NCBI RefSeq assembly: GCF_963921235.1
Contig: NC_086097.1
Coordinates: forward strand, 98,768,001-98,832,000
Length of the DNA stretch: 64,000 bases
Direction: 5' to 3'
Source of the DNA: Mobula hypostoma
Taxonomy: Eukaryota
Position numbers and translations under genes: made by a program. Shown here piece after piece: positions 61,670 through 64,000 of this stretch. The number at the start of each line of letters is the position of its first letter. The first letter of the stretch is position 1. Below the pieces are notes generated by a model. It did no database searches, was not told where the DNA came from, and saw only the letters and a program-made list of their open reading frames with translations.

Positions 61670-62395
61670 TTTGGTTTATTTGTTTATTATGGCCACACGT
61701 ACAAAGATACAGTGAAAAACTAGAATAAGGTAAAACAATGCAGGATGAAGTGTAAAGCTAAAGACAGCAAGTGCAATATAGATAACGGATAAAGTGCGAG
61801 ATCATAATGTGGCAGCTTGTAAGGTCAAAGTCCACCTTACCGTACCAGAGGTCCATTGAAATGTCTGATAACAGTGGAACAGAAGCTGTCCTTGAGCCTG
61901 GTGGTATGTGCTTTCAGGCTTTTATATCTTCTGCTCCATGGGAGGGGGGAGAAGAGAGAATATTTGGGGTGGGTGGGGTCCTTGATTATACCGGCTGCTT
62001 TACTGAGGCAGGAAGAAGTGTAGACAGAGTCCATGGAGGGGATGTTGTTTTCTGTGATGTGCTGAACCATGTCCATAACCCTCTGCAGTTTCTTGTGGTC
62101 ACGTGTAGAGGAATTGCCATATCAAGCCATTACGGACAGAATGCTTTCTATGGTGCATCGATAAAAATTGGTAAGGGTTGATGGCAACATACCTGAGGAA
62201 GTAAAGACATTGGTTAGCTTTCTTTGCCATGACATCAGTGTGGTTGGACCACGACAGTCTATCGGTGATGTTCAAGAACTTGCAGCTGTCAACTCTCTCA
62301 AGCTGAATACCATTGCTGTGGACAGGAGCATGTGCACTGTCCCCCTTCCTGAAGTTAATGACTTTTGCTTTGTTGACTGTGAGGGAAAAGTTGTC
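61670..62395 (-). mobile_element. Rex1/Babar-type LINE 3' part
   Basis: KAAGIIKDPTHPKYSLFSPLPWSRRYKSLKAHTTRLKDSF. Confidence 0.8.
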
Positions 62396-62409
62396 ATAAC
62401 ACTAGTTAA

Positions 62410-62700
62410 AATTACTGTTAAAATAGGGGCTCCCCCATTAGGACAGATGAGGAAATTCTTGTTTTTCTGTCTGAGAAGCTCTGAGTCTTTTAAACTCGCT
62501 TCCTCAAGGGGCACAGAAACAGTTTCTTTGAATCTTTTTAAACCAGATGTAGATAGGTTGTTGACAGCCAAGGGGTTGAAAAGTTACAGTGGGTAGATGT
62601 AGGAATGTGGAATTGACATTACGATTAGATCAGCCATGTCTCATCAGATTGTAATGGCTGAGCAGGCTTGATTAGTAATTAGTCTCCTGATTCACCTGTT
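62410..62700 (+). mobile_element. Decayed CR1 3' fragment
   Basis: RTDEEI.. and FKPDVDRLL..KGLKSY motifs; gatcagccatg. Confidence 0.55.
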
Positions 62701-62829
62701 TGATTGATCTAGTCTGTAGTCAGAGGGTGGACACATGGTATTAATCTGAGGCTGATATCCTTCATTCAAGGGACAAAGCAGTGGAGTTAGATTGGGAAAC
62801 AGCAGGGTAAGCTGCCTCAGTGACTATCA

Positions 62830-63215
62830 CCCAGAAGCACTCACATCTACCATAATAGAATGATTTGAGAGGTTGGTTATGGCTAGAGTTAACTTCTACC
62901 TGAGCAAGGACATGGACCCACTGCAATTCGCTTATCATTGCAACAGACACAATATCATTGGCTCTCCTCTCTGCTTTGGAGAACCAAGACAGCACAAATC
63001 ATAGGTCAGGCTGCTGTTTATTGATTACAGTTTGGTATTCAATTCCTCAGTATTAATCACTAAACTTCTGTACCTCCTACTGTAACTAAATCCTCAACTT
63101 CCTCGTCAGGAGATCACAGTCAACAGGGATGGGTAATAACATCTCCATCTTGCTGACAGGTGCATGTCAAGGATGTGTGCTTAGCCTACTACTGCTCTGC
63201 TCTCTCTACACTCGT
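62830..63215 (+). mobile_element. Rex1/Babar-type RT fragment
   Basis: FERLVMARVNFYLSKDMDPLQFAY...VRLLFIDYSLVFN; decayed. Confidence 0.75.
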
Positions 63216-63709
63216 AGCCGTGTTGATATTGTTGGGAAAATGACTGAGGTGTCATCAGGAATGCTATCAAACCAGGCTTTAGCACTCCGGTATACAGGGT
63301 ATATTTGAGATAAAGCACCCAATGTAATTGATTTGGAGTAAAGTCACCTTCATCCAGGTGTGAGGTAAACACTATCTCTAACAGGAGTGTCTAACTGTCT
63401 ATCTTTGATATTCAGTGACGTTTCTACCATCAATATCCTGGGGATCACCACTGATCAATCACATGTAGACTACAGTAACCAAAGCAGGTCAGAGCCTGGT
63501 ATCCTTTTGCAAGTCATTTATCTTCTGGCTCTCCAGACTTTACCACTGCATAGAATCACAAGTCAGGTGTGTGGTGGAATTCTTGACTGAATTAGATAAG
63601 ATTAGATTACATTCAACTTTATTGTCATTGTGCCGAGTACAGATACGAAGCCAATGAAATGCAGTTAGCATCTGACCAGAAATAGGTACAGCTGCAGTAA
63701 CACTCAGTG

Positions 63710-63945
63710 TCATAAAGTCGTATAGCACAGACACATGCTCTGCAGCCCATCTGTTCCATACCAATCAAGATGCCCTATTAAGCAAGCCTCATTTGCCAGT
63801 GTTTGGCCATGAACCTTCTAAACCTTTCACATCCATTTAAATCTTTTAAATATTCTTACTGTACCCCACTGAACCACTCCTTTTGGCAGCTCATTCCACA
63901 TGGCTACCACCCTTCATAAAAGTAAGTTGCCTTTTCAAGTTCCAT
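63710..63945 (-). mobile_element. CR1 3' end fragment
   Basis: Reverse CR1 terminus (tatagcacagacac...ggcagctcattccaca). Confidence 0.6.
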
Positions 63946-64000
63946 TACTAATTGTAAAGTTCAACACCACCCAGAGTAAAGCAGCTATCTTGATTAGAAC

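Overview
Eukaryotic, repeat-dominated DNA, most likely from a cartilaginous fish (ray or shark), judged from the HE1/V-SINE, CR1, Rex1/Babar and Neptune-Penelope repertoire. Bases 1-12599 are a C-rich 39-bp satellite (~320 units, cut by the window edge); all the long ORFs there are artefacts of the repeat. The rest is a deeply nested set of mostly decayed transposons: CR1 LINEs (three near full-length decayed copies and one young 5'-truncated copy with an open RT frame), Rex1/Babar, RTE, L1 3' ends with target-site duplications (TSDs), a Tc1 derivative, a hAT-like derivative, SINEs, and six insertions of one young Penelope-like family. The Penelope copies carry a GIY-YIG endonuclease and a minimal hammerhead ribozyme, and two are inverted or fold-back copies. 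I cannot recognise any complete host gene. There are a few candidate minus-strand exons, and one (12600-12758) has its donor GT exactly at the first base of the satellite, whose unit carries two 5'-splice-site-like motifs. Family names come from recalled motifs, not database searches, and boundaries of decayed elements are approximate.
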